A model generated the notes under the pieces. That model was not told where the DNA came from and did no database searches. It was given only the letters and a program-made list of their open reading frames with translations. Both the position numbers and the translations under genes were made by a program. 64,000 nt of DNA from Macrostomum lignano. Lineage: Eukaryota. The stretch lies in NCBI GenBank assembly GCA_002269645.1, contig NIVC01002379.1:1-64000 (forward strand), in the 5' to 3' direction. Shown here piece by piece: positions 33,586 through 46,700 of the stretch (its first letter is position 1; the number at the start of each line of letters is the position of its first letter).

Positions 33586-34082
33586 GATCCGCGCAATAGC
33601 TGCGGCTGTGCTATCAGTTGCACATCTGGCCATTAGGGCAGGTGTAATCAAATTGCTATTACACTCGTATTATTGTGCACTAAAAACTTATTAATTTTCG
33701 AAATGAAGCATAATCCTTTCATTTTTATGGAAACTGCAGAAACACGGCAGTCAGACCGCATTATGTCGTGAGAATGAATCGTGAATCCAGACTTCTGGTT
33801 CTGGGTCGCCTTGGCTGAACCCGTGAGTACGGCATGCGTTTGGTGCCTGGCAATGTCTCAATGGCAGCATCATGGCTGGCGTGTTTGCCGAATCTATTCA
33901 TAGTGTATGTATGGGGCGGGACGCCTTGGCAAACACGAACTCTGCAAAGCAGGAGGAGCGCGGCATAAGTGGATGAAATGCCTGCTCAGTTGTTGAACCG
34001 CCTTCTTCCCTTGCTGTTCGTCCTTGTAATCGAACCCAGTGGTTACAAACAAATGCGTCTACATGTCTACATGTAACCCAGT

Positions 34083-36645
34083 GGGTCATTGAGACATTGG
34101 GTCACTGATCATGAGACACTGGGTCATTGAGACAGTGGGTCATTAACACATTGGGTCACTGATCATGAGACACTGGGTCATTGAGACAGTGGGTCATTAA
34201 CACATTGGGTCACTGATCATGAGACACTGGGTCATTGAGACAGTGGGTCATTAACACATTGGGTCACTGATCATGAGACACTGGGTCATTGAGACAGTGG
34301 GTCATTAACACATTGGGTCACTGATCATGAGACACTGGGTCATTAAGACAGTGGGTCATTAACACATTGGGTCACTGATCATGAGACACTGGGTCATTGA
34401 GACAGTGGGTCATTGAGACATTGGGTCACTGATCATGAGACACTGGGTCATTGAGACATTGGGTCACTGATCATGAGACACTGGGTCATTGAGACAGTGG
34501 GTCATTAACACATTGGGTCACTGATCATGAGACACTGGGTCATTGAGACAGTGGGTCATTAACACATTGGGTCACTGATCATGAGACACTGGGTCATTGA
34601 GACAGTGGGTCATTAACACATTGGGTCACTGATCATGAGACACTGGGTCATTAAGACAGTGGGTCATTAACACATTGGGTCACTGATCATGAGACACTGG
34701 GTCATTAAGACAGTGGGTCATTAACACATTGGGTCACTGATCATGAGACACTGGGTCATTGAGACAGTGGGTCATTAACACATTGGGTCACTGATCATGA
34801 GACACTGGGTCATTGAGACAGTGGGTCATTAACACATTGGGTCACTGATCATGAGACACTGGGTCATTGAGACAGTGGGTCATTAACACATTGGGTCACT
34901 GATCATGAGACACTGGGTCATTGAGACAGTGGGTCATTAACACATTGGGTCACTGATCATGAGACACTGGGTCATTGAGACAGTGGGTCATTGAGACATT
35001 GGGTCACTGATCATGAGACACTGGGTCATTGAGACAGTGGGTCATTAACACATTGGGTCACTGATCATGAGACACTGGGTCATTGAGACAGTGGGTCATT
35101 AACACATTGGGTCACTGATCATGAGACACTGGGTCATTGAGACAGTGGGTCATTAACACATTGGGTCACTGATCATGAGACACTGGGTCATTGAGACAGT
35201 GGGTCATTAACACATTGGGTCACTGATCATGAGACACTGGGTCATTGAGACAGTGGGTCATTAACACATTGGGTCACTGATCATGAGACACTGGGTCATT
35301 GAGACAGTGGGTCATTAACACATTGGGTCACTGATCATGAGACACTGGGTCATTGAGACAGTGGGTCATTAAGACATTGGGTCACTGATCATGAGACACT
35401 GGGTCATTGAGACAGTGGGTCATTAACACATTGGGTCACTGATCATGAGACACTGGGTCATTGAGACAGTGGGTCATTAACACATTGGGTCACTGATCAT
35501 GAGACACTGGGTCATTGAGACAGTGGGTCATTAACACATTGGGTCACTGATCATGAGACACTGGGTCATTGAGACAGTGGGTCATTAACACATTGGGTCA
35601 CTGATCATGAGACACTGGGTCATTGAGACAGTGGGTCATTAACACATTGGGTCACTGATCATGAGACACTGGGTCATTGAGACATTGGGTCATTAACACA
35701 TTGGGTCACTGATCATGAGACACTGGGTCATTGAGACAGTGGGTCATTAACACATTGGGTCACTGATCATGAGACACTGGGTCATTGAGACAGTGGGTCA
35801 TTAACACATTGGGTCACTGATCATGAGACACTGGGTCATTGAGACAGTGGGTCATTAACACATTGGGTCACTGATCATGAGACACTGGGTCATTGAGACA
35901 GTGGGTCATTGAGACATTGGGTCACTGATCATGAGACACTGGGTCATTGAGACAGTGGGTCATTAACACATTGGGTCACTGATCATGAGACACTGGGTCA
36001 TTGAGACAGTGGGTCATTAACACATTGGGTCACTGATCATGAGACACTGGGTCATTGAGACAGTGGGTCATTAACACATTGGGTCACTGATCATGAGACA
36101 CTGGGTCATTGAGACAGTGGGTCATTAACACATTGGGTCACTGATCATGAGACACTGGGTCATTGAGACAGTGGGTCATTAACACATTGGGTCACTGATC
36201 ATGAGACACTGGGTCATTGAGACAGTGGGTCATTAACACATTGGGTCACTGATCATGAGACACTGGGTCATTGAGACAGTGGGTCATTGAGACATTGGGT
36301 CACTGATCATGAGACACTGGGTCATTGAGACAGTGGGTCATTAACACATTGGGTCACTGATCATGAGACACTGGGTCATTGAGACAGTGGGTCATTAACA
36401 CATTGGGTCACTGATCATGAGACACTGGGTCATTGAGACAGTGGGTCATTAACACATTGGGTCACTGATCATGAGACACTGGGTCATTGAGACAGTGGGT
36501 CATTAACACATTGGGTCACTGATCATGAGACACTGGGTCATTGAGACAGTGGGTCATTAACACATTGGGTCACTGATCATGAGACACTGGGTCATTGAGA
36601 CATTGGGTCACTGATCATGAGACACTGGGTCATTGAGACATTTTG
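34083..36645. repeat. 54-bp higher-order satellite (three 16-bp subunits plus GATCAT), ~2.55 kb
   Basis: Unit GAGACACTGGGTCATT-GAGACAGTGGGTCATT-AACACATTGGGTCACT-GATCAT, ~47 copies, very homogeneous. Confidence 0.97.
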
Positions 36646-37214
36646 TTATTGAGACATTCGAATTATCGAGACGACACGCTCTAATTTTACTGCAGAAATT
36701 TCATCGCATATTGCTTCGATGACGAACAAGCTTATCAAAATAAAATAGAAAGCATTTTTTTAAATACGCTCGTAGAAAACGTTTTAAAATCCTGATAGCT
36801 GGCGTGCCTCATGCAGAGAATCCTCCTTGATTGAGACAGACGGACGCACAGAGGAGAGACATAAGGCAGAAAATCCTGGTGCATGCGCAGGGAGCTCTGC
36901 ACTTGAACAGCTTGCAGAGTATTAAAGACCAACTCCCCCCCTCCGCCTTCCACGAACCCATGGCCGCTGCCCCTCGCCGTGTTTACCAACCCGATAGCGG
37001 AAACCCAGCGTCACGCTCGGAGCCCAGAGCTGCCCATAGATGGCGGTGCCGCGATCGGGGGAGGGGGGGGGGTTGCAGGCCTCTCTCAGGACCGCAGCTG
37101 ACTGAGAGAAATGGCTTGGCCTGACCGATCAAATTCTGAACTCTGTGGCGCCTACAGCACGACAGCTTTTCCTTTGTTCTCTTCTACCCTCCTATCCCTG
37201 TCTACTTTACCATT

Positions 37215-37830
37215 CTCCTCTCTCTCCTCTCTCTCTCTCAGTCCCTCTCCTTCTCCTCTCTCTCCTCTGTCTCAGTCCCTCTCCTTCTCCTCTCTCTCCT
37301 CTGTCTCAGTCCCTCTCCTTCTCCTCTCTCTCCTCTGTCTCAGTCCCTCTCCTTCTCCTCTCTCTCCTCTCTCTCTCTCAGTCCCTCTCCTTCTCCTCTC
37401 TCTCTCTCAGTCCCTCTCCTTCTCCTCTCTCTCCTCTCTCTCTCTCAGTCCCTCTCCTTCTCCTCTCTCTCCTCTCTCTCAGTCCCTCTCCTTCTCCTCT
37501 CTCTCCTCTGTCTCAGTCCCTCTCCTTCTCCTCTCTCTCCTCTCTCTCTCTCAGTCCCTCTCCTTCTCCTCTCTCTCTCTCAGTCCCTCTCCTTCTCCTC
37601 TCTCTCCTCTCTCTCAGTCCCTCTCCTTCTCCTCTCTCTCCTCTGTCTCAGTCCCTCTCCTTCTCCTCTCTCTCCTCTCTCTCAGTCCCTCTCCTTCCCC
37701 TCTCTCTCCTCTCTATCAGTCCCTCTCCTTCCCCTCTCTCTCCTCTCTCTCAGTCCCTCTCCTTCTCCTCTCTCTCCTCTCTCTCAGTCCCTCTCCTTCT
37801 CCTCTCTCTCCTCTGTCTCACTCCCTCTCC
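37215..37830. repeat. CT-rich minisatellite CAGTCCCTCTCCTTCTCCT(CT)n
   Basis: Visible period with variable CT length. Confidence 0.93.
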
Positions 37831-38089
37831 TATCCCCCCAATCTCTCTCCTCCCTTTTAGTAGTTCACATTTGCTGCTCGCCATTTACCCTGGCAGGGCT
37901 AAAGCAGGTCACCAGGCTCTCCTATTGGTTCCGTTGTATTGGCAGGAATTTGCAATCAGGCTACAGCGAAACAAGCTCGGGACCAATTAGGGCTACGTTG
38001 GATTCTGTGAAACAATAAAAGGAAGCGGATGCAGGACCGGGCAACTGCACCATTCTGAGAGGATTGACCCAGCCGCACAGCATCCAGAC

Positions 38090-38931
38090 ATGCCGTTCAC
38101 TCCTAGCCACCGCCTGTGCACCCTGCTGCTCTGCCTCGCTGTTCTCAGCGGCAGCTCGACCGGCTTCCTGCTGCTCAAGGAGGCTTCATCGGCCACTACT
38201 GATTCCTTGACTACCCGGGCGGTGGAGGCGGCCGCTATGGCCGAGGCCTTCGCTGAAGCCGCTGAACTGGCAGCTGTTGAAGCCAAATCGGCAACCGCTG
38301 AAGCCGCCGCCGCAGCTTCTGCAGAGAATTCCGTGGCCGAGCCAGCCCAGCGAATGCCGGTTGCCAAGCGGATGACTGGCAGCAACTTGGACGCTTTGAA
38401 GGCGAGGCTCATCGGGCGCGGCTACCTGCCTCCGGGCGCCTCCGACGAGGAACTGGCCCGGCTCGTCCGAAATCTGATTGACGTTTATAGCAGGCGCCGG
38501 TGAGCCTCCCACATTTGTCGCCTGCCTGTGATCCCAATTAGCACACCTATCTCACCTGCTTGTTATCATATAATAAATAATTAGCACACCTCTCTCACCT
38601 GCCTGTTATCATATAATAAATAATTAGCACACCTCTCTCACCTGCCTGTTATCATACAATATAATAATTAGCACACCTCTCTCACCTGCCTGTTATCATA
38701 TAATAAATAATTAGCACCCCTCTTTCATCTGCCTGTTATCATATAATAAATAATTAGCACACCTCTCTCACCTGCCTGTTATCATACAATATAATGATTA
38801 GCACACCTCTCTCACCTGCCTGTTACCATACAATATAATAATTAGCACACCTCTCTCACCTACCTATTATCATATAATAATTAGTACACATTTTACATAC
38901 ATTGCATTGCAGAGTGGGCCGCCGACGATAG
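38090..38931 (+). CDS. Neuropeptide precursor, NPY/NPF-like, amidated C-terminus ...YSRRRV-GRRR*
   Basis: Signal-peptide-like N-terminus, Ala/Glu-rich spacer, KR site. Donor CG|GTGAGC at 38499/38500 and acceptor TTGCAG| at 38912. Exon 2 (38913-38931) reads A GTG GGC CGC CGA CGA TAG. Secreted peptide precursor is well supported; the family assignment is inference. Confidence 0.8.
38535..38885. repeat. 43-bp minisatellite filling the neuropeptide intron
   Basis: Unit AATTAGCACACCTCTCTCACCTGCCTGTTATCATATAATAAAT, ~8 copies. Confidence 0.93.
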
Positions 38932-39421
38932 GCCAAAACCAAGAAGTCAACGAGAGAACAACATGTCAAAGCTGACCAAATTATAATTCGGTACCAGCCC
39001 AGTTACTCTTGAAAGTGTTGCGCTACAAAGTAAAGAGACGGCTGTGCACTAAAAACTTTATCGCATTAATGTTTCAGTAAAACAAAAAATACAATTAGAG
39101 AATGAGCTGACTGAAAATAGAAGAACAGCTTGGGTTATTTCTGTGCCAAGTCAGTAAGAACTGAAGTAGAACCCACCCCCCCCCCCCCCCCCAACCAAGG
39201 AGAAGCACGGACACTGTCAATGCGCTGTCAATGCAACAAGCGTCTGTCGTATGAAATCAATAAACGGAGCTCTGATTAAAAATACGTTGTTGAGAAATAG
39301 GAAATTTTCCGCAAGTTTAATTTCTTTTAAGAGTAAAGTTTTTGAGCAGATTTTTTATTTACATATGTCAGTTTAGTGAGCTGAGCGTCCAAAAGCAGAT
39401 TCCAAAGAACAGATTTATTCC

Positions 39422-41290
39422 AGAGAGTAGATTCCAGAAAGTAGACTCAGGTGAGCAGATCCTGCAGAGTAGATTCCAGAGAGTAGACTCAGGTGAGCAG
39501 ATCCTGCAGAGTAGATTCCAGAAAGTAGACTCAGGTGAGCAGATCCTGCAGAGTAGATTCCAGAGAGTAGACTCAGGTGAGCAGATCACGCAGAGTAGAT
39601 TCCAGAGAGTAGACTCAGGTGAGCAGATCCTGCAGAGTAGATTCCAGAGAGTAGACTCAAGGTGAGCAGATCACGCAGAGTAGATTCCAGAGAGTAGACT
39701 CAGGTGAGCAGATCCTGCAGAGTAGATTCCAGAGAGTAGACTACGGTGAGCAGATCCTGCAGAGTAGATTCCAGAGAGTAGACTCAAGGTGAGCAGATCA
39801 CGCAGAGTAGATTCCAGAGAGTAGACTCAGGTGAGCAGATCCTGCAGAGTAGATTCCAGAGAGTAGACTACGGTGAGCAGATCCTGCAGAGTAGATTCCA
39901 GAGAGTAGACTACGGTGAGCAGATCCTGCAGAGTAGATTCCAGAGAGTAGACTCAAGGTGAGCAGATCCTGCAGAGTAGATTCCAGAGAGTAGACTCAAG
40001 GTGAGCAGATCACGCAGAGTAGATTCCAGAGAGTAGACTACGGTGAGCAGATCCTGCAGAGTAGATTCCAGAGAGTAGACTACGGTGAGCAGATCCTGCA
40101 GAGTAGATTCCAGAGAGTAGACTACGGTGAGCAGATCCTGCAGAGTAGATTCCAGAGAGTAGACTCAAGGTGAGCAGATCACGCAGAGTAGATTCCAGAG
40201 AGTAGACTCAAGGTGAGCAGATCACGCAGAGTAGATTCCAGAGAGTAGACTACGGTGAGCAGATCCTGCAGAGTAGATTCCAGAGAGTAGACTCAAGGTG
40301 AGCAGATCACGCAGAGTAGATTCCAGAGAGTAGACTCAGGTGAGCAGATCCTGCAGAGTAGATTCCAGAGAGTAGACTACGGTGAGCAGATCCTGCAGAG
40401 TAGATTCCAGAGAGTAGACTCAAGGTGAGCAGATCACGCAGAGTAGATTCCAGAGAGTAGACTCAGGTGAGCAGATCCTGCAGAGTAGATTCCAGAGAGT
40501 AGACTACGGTGAGCAGATCCTGCAGAGTAGATTCCAGAGAGTAGACTCAAAGTGAGCAGATCACGCAGAGTAGATTCCAGAGAGCAGACTCAGGTGAGCA
40601 GATCCTGCAGAGTAGATTCCAGAGAGTAGACTACGGTGAGCAGATCCTGCAGAGTAGATTCCAGAGAGTAGACTACGGTGAGCAGATCCTGCAGAGTAGA
40701 TTCCAGAGAGTAGACTACGGTGAGCAGATCCTGCAGAGTAGATTCCAGAGAGTAGACTCAAGGTGAGCAGATCACGCAGAGTAGATTCCAGAGAGTAGAC
40801 TACGGTGAGCAGATCCTGCAGAGTAGATTCCAGAGAGTAGACTACGGTGAGCAGATCCTGCAGAGTAGATTCCAGAGAGTAGACTCAAGGTGAGCAGATC
40901 CTGCAGAGTAGATTCCAGAGAGTAGACTCAAGGTGAGCAGATCACGCAGAGTAGATTCCAGAGAGTAGACTCAGGTGAGCAGATCCTGCAGAGTAGATTC
41001 CAGAGAGTAGACTCAAGGTGAGCAGATCACGCAGAGTAGATTCCAGAGAGTAGACTCAGGTGAGCAGATCCTGCAGAGTAGATTCCAGAGAGTAGACTCA
41101 GGTGAGCAGATCCTGCAGAGTAGATTCCAGAGAGTAGACTCAAGGTGAGCAGATCCTGCAGAGTAGACTCAGGTGAGCAGATCCCGCAGAGTAGATTCCA
41201 GAGAGTAGACTCAAGGTGAGCAAATCACGCAGAGTAGACTCAGGTGAGCAGATCCCGCAGAGTAGATTCCAGAGAGTAGACTCAGGAGAG
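39422..41290. repeat. 42/43-bp satellite GAGTAGACTCAGGTGAGCAGATCCTGCAGAGTAGATTCCAGA, ~1.9 kb
   Basis: Visible period, ~44 copies in a few interleaved variants (CTCAGG, CTCAAGG, CTACGG; CCTG, CACG). Confidence 0.97.
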
Positions 41291-41859
41291 CAGATTCAGT
41301 AGATTAGATTGTTGTCGAGCAGAATGCGATGAAAGTAGTTGTAAAAGAAGGTCAGACAATAATTATTCGATGGCCAAAACACTCATCTGATTTAAACAAT
41401 CTTCAAAAGCAGTTGCCGTATCAAAGGGAACTGACACTGAGTGATCGTGTCTGTTGGGCTCGGGGCTAATCCGGCCAGGTGATTATAGAGACCATTAAAG
41501 ACTCGTGTTTAACCCTCAGATAGTCAAAGCTCTGTTAATTTCATGAAAACAACGCCCCCAGATTGAAAGGAGGCTTCAGGGCCCGCTAATTGTTTTAGCA
41601 CCTTCGGGAGAGCTTTGATTATGCTGAAAGCAGCAGCAATCTGCTTTCTGTCCGGAATTCATTGCCGTGTCTCTCGCGCTCCGCTTCTGTTCTGCATAAG
41701 CCGCCTCGCACTTGCTCCGTGAGTCCTCACTGATCCGCTCTTGCTTACGGACTCTCATCTCTTTCATCCTGATCCCCTCAACTCTGACCCCATAACCTCG
41801 CTCTACTTTACACAAATATTCTCTGTGTAGCTCTACTTTGATCAAATCTCAATACCCAA

Positions 41860-42660
41860 ATCTACCCTACCCGATTTTACTCTACCCAAGTCTACTCTGC
41901 AAAACTTTACTCTACCCGAGTCTACTCTACCCTAATCTACTCTACCCGACTCTACCTCTACCCGAATCTACTCTACCCTAATCTACTCTACCCGACTCTA
42001 CCTCTACCCGAATCTACTCTACCCTAATCTACTCTACCCGACTCTACTCTACCCGACTCTACCCGACTCTACTCTACCCGAATCTACTCTACCCTAATCT
42101 ACTCTACCCGACTCTACTCTACCCGACTCTACTCTACCCGACTCTACTCTACCCGGCTCTACTCTACCCGACTCTACTCTAACTGACTCTACTCTACCCG
42201 ACTCTACTCTACCCGACTCTACTCTACCCGACTCTACTCTACCCGACTCTACTCTACCCGAATCTACTCTACCCGACTCTACTCTACCCGACTCTACTCT
42301 AACCGACTCTACTCTACCCGACTCTACTCTACCCGACTCTACTCTACCCGACTCTACTCTACCCGACTCTACTCTACCCGAATCTACTCTACCCGACTCT
42401 ACTCTACCCGAATCTACTCTACCCGACTCTACTCTACCCGAATCTACTCTACCCGACTCTACCTCTACCCTAATCTACTCTACCCTAATCTACTCTACCC
42501 TAATCTACTCTACTTGACTCTACTCTGCCTGACTCTACTCTACTCAAATATACTCTACAAGACTCTACTCCAATTGGCCCTACCCTAATCGAATCTACTC
42601 TGCTTGACTATACTCTACCGGCTATACTCTACTTGACTTGACTCTACTTTACCCGACTAG
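41860..42660. repeat. (CTCTA)-based 15-bp minisatellite ACTCTACTCTACCCG
   Basis: Visible period with degenerate flanks. Confidence 0.93.
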
Positions 42661-43384
42661 CTCGTATCTGGCAATCTGATTACAGCCCTTCACTACAGTA
42701 GTGAGCTATATATACTGGGTACAAGTTGAAGTTACTAACTTTAAAACCTGAAAAATTTTTAAAGCCGTATAAAGGTGTAGTATTTAACCCTATCTTTAGC
42801 CTTTAACGCTAGCCCTAGCTCTTAGCTCTTTACTTTAGCCCTAGTCGTTACCAATGAAAATAAGCAAACAAAGTTTGGTTGCAACGCGAACCATGGCAGC
42901 TCTGACAATAATTTCGATGAGTCACTGAGCTTTTCATCTGGGCTAAATAAATGATACACGATCGGCAGTTCTGAGTTAACGAAAATTAATCCGCATTTTC
43001 TGTCGCGCTCTCTCTCTCTTTCTCTCTCTCTCACACAGCATCCACTGCAACCATGCTGGCTCATACCAGCGGGAGCCACCCCATCCGTGTAGCAGATCCG
43101 CCCACGCTTTGTTTGGGCTCGAGAAGCAGCATCCTATGCTACATCATCCCCCACCCCCAACAGTCTGTCTAGCGGTGGGCGGGGAAGGCGGGGGGAGTCA
43201 ACAACAACTCTGCAGGTAGACTAAATTTTACATTTTCAATTTGTTCGGGACTGATTGCGTTTGTGGAGGCGGACTGCAATGATTCCGGACGAGAATGATT
43301 CAGGGGGATTCTGGATTCTGGCAGGCAAAGATTTAAAATAAGAACGATCAGGGAGAGAACGATTCAGAGGAGAAGAAAATGATT

Positions 43385-43520
43385 GAGGAAGGGATGGTTC
43401 AGGACTACAATGATTCAGGACGAGAATGATTCAGGAAGAGAATGATTCAGGACGAGAATGATTCAGGAAGAGAGATTCAGGAAGAGAATGATTCAGTACT
43501 AGAATGATTCGGGGCTAGAA
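43385..43520. repeat. Short degenerate repeat GAGAATGATTCAGGA
   Basis: About six imperfect copies. Confidence 0.75.
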
Positions 43521-43726
43521 TGAGCTGTCTTGTCTTGATACAATTTAATAGTTATGCTTTATCACAACGAGAAAAGTATCCAAGTCAAATTTTCGCAAGC
43601 AAACGGCTCTGTGCCACAGACAGTTTCTATAGCTATTAATATATTTTTTCCCCTAATCTGATAAAATTATAATGAACGCAAATACATAGAGAAGATACAC
43701 TCGGAAAATTCAATAGAAAGGCCGTC

Positions 43727-46700
43727 ATGTCTGAGGAAGGATTTTACTTGGTGATGCTAGCTAAGAGAGACGCGGCAGAGACAGCCCTGTGGCAGTGCTA
43801 CAACCAGCTGTTCACCAATCTGGGCTACTTCAACAAGCACCAGGTCACCATAGACGGCAAAAGCGTGCCGCTGACGCAGGAGACGATGGCAACAACAGTT
43901 GACGGGCATGTGACCAAGGGAAACAGGGACGGGTTCTTTATTTTTCGTCAGCACTTTATACACGTGTTTGAGGATGGCAGCCTCATGCTGCAGCTCATCA
44001 AGGATGCGTGCACTGCGCTGGAGAAACCAATGGGCCAACTGAATGACAAGTGAGAATGAGTTCTTTATGATTTTTGACGCAACTAAAGCATCTCACCGCC
44101 CTAACCTCCATTCTCTCGTTGTCTTTCTCACTTACATGTATATTTTCCCAGTCTGTCAGTTTGCAGATCACACTCATGATTTTGACATCAAACCTCCTCT
44201 CTCACCTCTCTCACCTCTCTCTCACTCTCTCACCTCTCTCTCTCACTCTCTCTCACCTCTCTCACTCTCTCACCTCTCTCTCACCTCTCTCTCACCTCTC
44301 TCATCTCTCTCACCTCTCTCTCACCTCTCTCATCTCTCTCACCTCTCTCTCACCTCTCTCATCTCTCTCACCTCTCTCTCTCTCTCTCTCACCTCTCTCA
44401 CCTCTCTCTCTCACCTCTCTCACCTCTCTCTCACCTCTCTCATCTCTCTCTCACCTCTCTCACCTCTCTCTCACCTCTCTCATCTCTCTCACCTCTCTCA
44501 CCTCTCTCTCACCTCTCTCTCACCTCTCTCTCACCTCTCTCTCACCTCTCTCTCACCTCTCTCTCACCTCTCTCTCACCTCTCTCATCTCTCTCACCTCT
44601 CTCTCACCTCTCTCATCTCTCTCACCTCTCTCACCTCTCTCTCTCACCTCTCTCTCTCTCTCACCTCTCTCACCTCTCTCTCTCACCTCTCTCACCTCTC
44701 TCTCATCTCTCTTACCCCTCTCTCACATCTCTCAGATATTATTCTGACTTCTCTAGCCGCTCCTAGACTCGCTTATTCATGTCTTCCCATTACCGGATGT
44801 CATTCTGCCGTGATCTCACTTTAACAATAAAACCAAGCCTTATAGAGCTTTCACCACTCAGCTGATTGTCCCTGAATTCTCTCCCTCACACACACACTCG
44901 CACATCCCACTGCTTCCACCCGTCTCTCCATCTCCACTTCAGTCTTGCACTTAGCTCTCAATTTTAGTCTCGCTTCAGTACGTCATGCAGTTAATTTGAT
45001 TGGCCTTCACTATAAAAATAATTAGCACAAAAGTATGCTAAATTCGCAGTGAATAGCACCCTTGCATTAAGGCCGCCTCACTAAATATTGTGTTGAATTG
45101 ACAGTCCCATATTCTTAATAAAAATGGTTTATATGCAATGAATTCCTCGGCAATGCCTAAAAAGTCCCATTCGAAATAGCTAACGAAGCAATGGTTCTCG
45201 TTATTATTACCTCGCATCAGTTGTATTTTTATTATAATTAAAGCGTATTGCATATTGCATCAGTCAAACGAGCGTTTGCTTGTTCAGAGTGTCTTTCTAG
45301 AAAGAACATGTCAGTATTGTTGTGACGCCTGTTCTGTCGTGAAGACCGTTATGTCAGGTGGCCGTTCTGTCAGATGGCCGTTCTGTCAGTTGGCCGTTCT
45401 GTCAGATGGCCGTTCTGTCAGTTGGCCCTTCTGTCAGATGGCCGTTCTGTCAGGTGGCCGTTCTGTCAGTTGGCCGTTCTGTCAAATGGCCGTTCTGTCA
45501 GATGGCCGTTCTGTCAGTTGGCCGTTCTGTCAGATGGCCGTTCTGTCAGTTGGCCCTTCTGTCAGGTGGCCGTTCTGTCAGTTGGCCGTTCTGTCAGATG
45601 GCCGTTCTGTCAGGTGGCCGTTCTGTCAGTTGGCCGTTCTGTCAAATGGCCGTTCTGTCAGATGGCCGTTCTGTCAGGTGGCCGTTCTGTCAGGTGGCAG
45701 TTCTGTCAGGTGGCCGTTCTGTCAAATGGCCGTTCTGTCAGGTGGCAGTTCTGTCAGGTGGCCGTTCTTTCAAATGGCCGTTCTGTCAGGTGGCCGTTCT
45801 TTCAAATTGCCGTTCTGTCAGGTGGCCGTTCTGTCAGGTGGCCGTTCTGTCAGGTGGCCGTTCTGTCAGTTGGCCGTTCTGTCAAATGGCCGTTCTGTCA
45901 GATGGCCGTTCTGTCAGGTGGCCGTTCTGTCAGATGGCCGGTTTGTCAGGTGGCCGTTTTAGCGTTGCTGGCGTGAAATAAATCATTTAAACAAAAGCTA
46001 CTACAATTTTTAATAAAAACTGCCGCGTATTCATGTTGGAATCGGCATTGGAACGTATTTGCGACTCGACTCTTTACTTGCTACTTACTTGAGTAGCTAG
46101 AAAAGATTCCACTGAAACAGAGAACAGCGGAATCGCTTATTTTGTTTCTTGTAAAGGTGTGATCATCTCGGATATCAAGCACGGAGGTCGCATTGACTGT
46201 TTTTCACCGTTGGCAGCGGAACTTTCACCCCGATGAACAATTTAGACTTGTCTTTAAAATTATTTAATCCTCAGCAACCTTTAGCAATCTCTGCTATTGA
46301 CTGGCTAGGATGGCTCATATAGCACTCTTGGTCTTGGTAGGTTTAATCTGACATGTACTAACTAATCAACTGCAAACTATCCATTGCCAGACAGGCGGCC
46401 TTCGCTTCTAAGAGCAACCCGCTGCTGCGCACAGTATACTGGTACATCGACAAGCACTTCATCACTCAGCTGCCGCCAGCTCAACAGGCTTCGTTCACCG
46501 TAGACTGTCTGATGTTTGGAGAATGGGAGTGCAAGAGCTTCAATCTCATCGGCATGCACCTGGTTGCGCTGGCCTGCATGCTGGAAGCGAAGGAGCTCGC
46601 CACATTCCTACCGCCGGAGGCTGCCAAGCATGCAGCGGTGGTCAATCCGTACTTTAAAGGCTTCCTGGCGAAGAAGGCGATCACATTGTCCATCAGTTTC

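Noticed and set aside
37111-37990. 249/281-aa Ser/Leu/Pro ORFs
   Set aside because: CT-rich repeat lacking stop codons.
34083-41290. Long regular arrays superficially resembling CRISPR
   Set aside because: Units abut head-to-tail with no unique spacers, there are no cas genes, and the context is eukaryotic.
44043-45981. S/L/H-rich and WPFCQ-repeat ORFs
   Set aside because: Low-complexity and 16-bp arrays inside the intron of the 43727-47135 gene.
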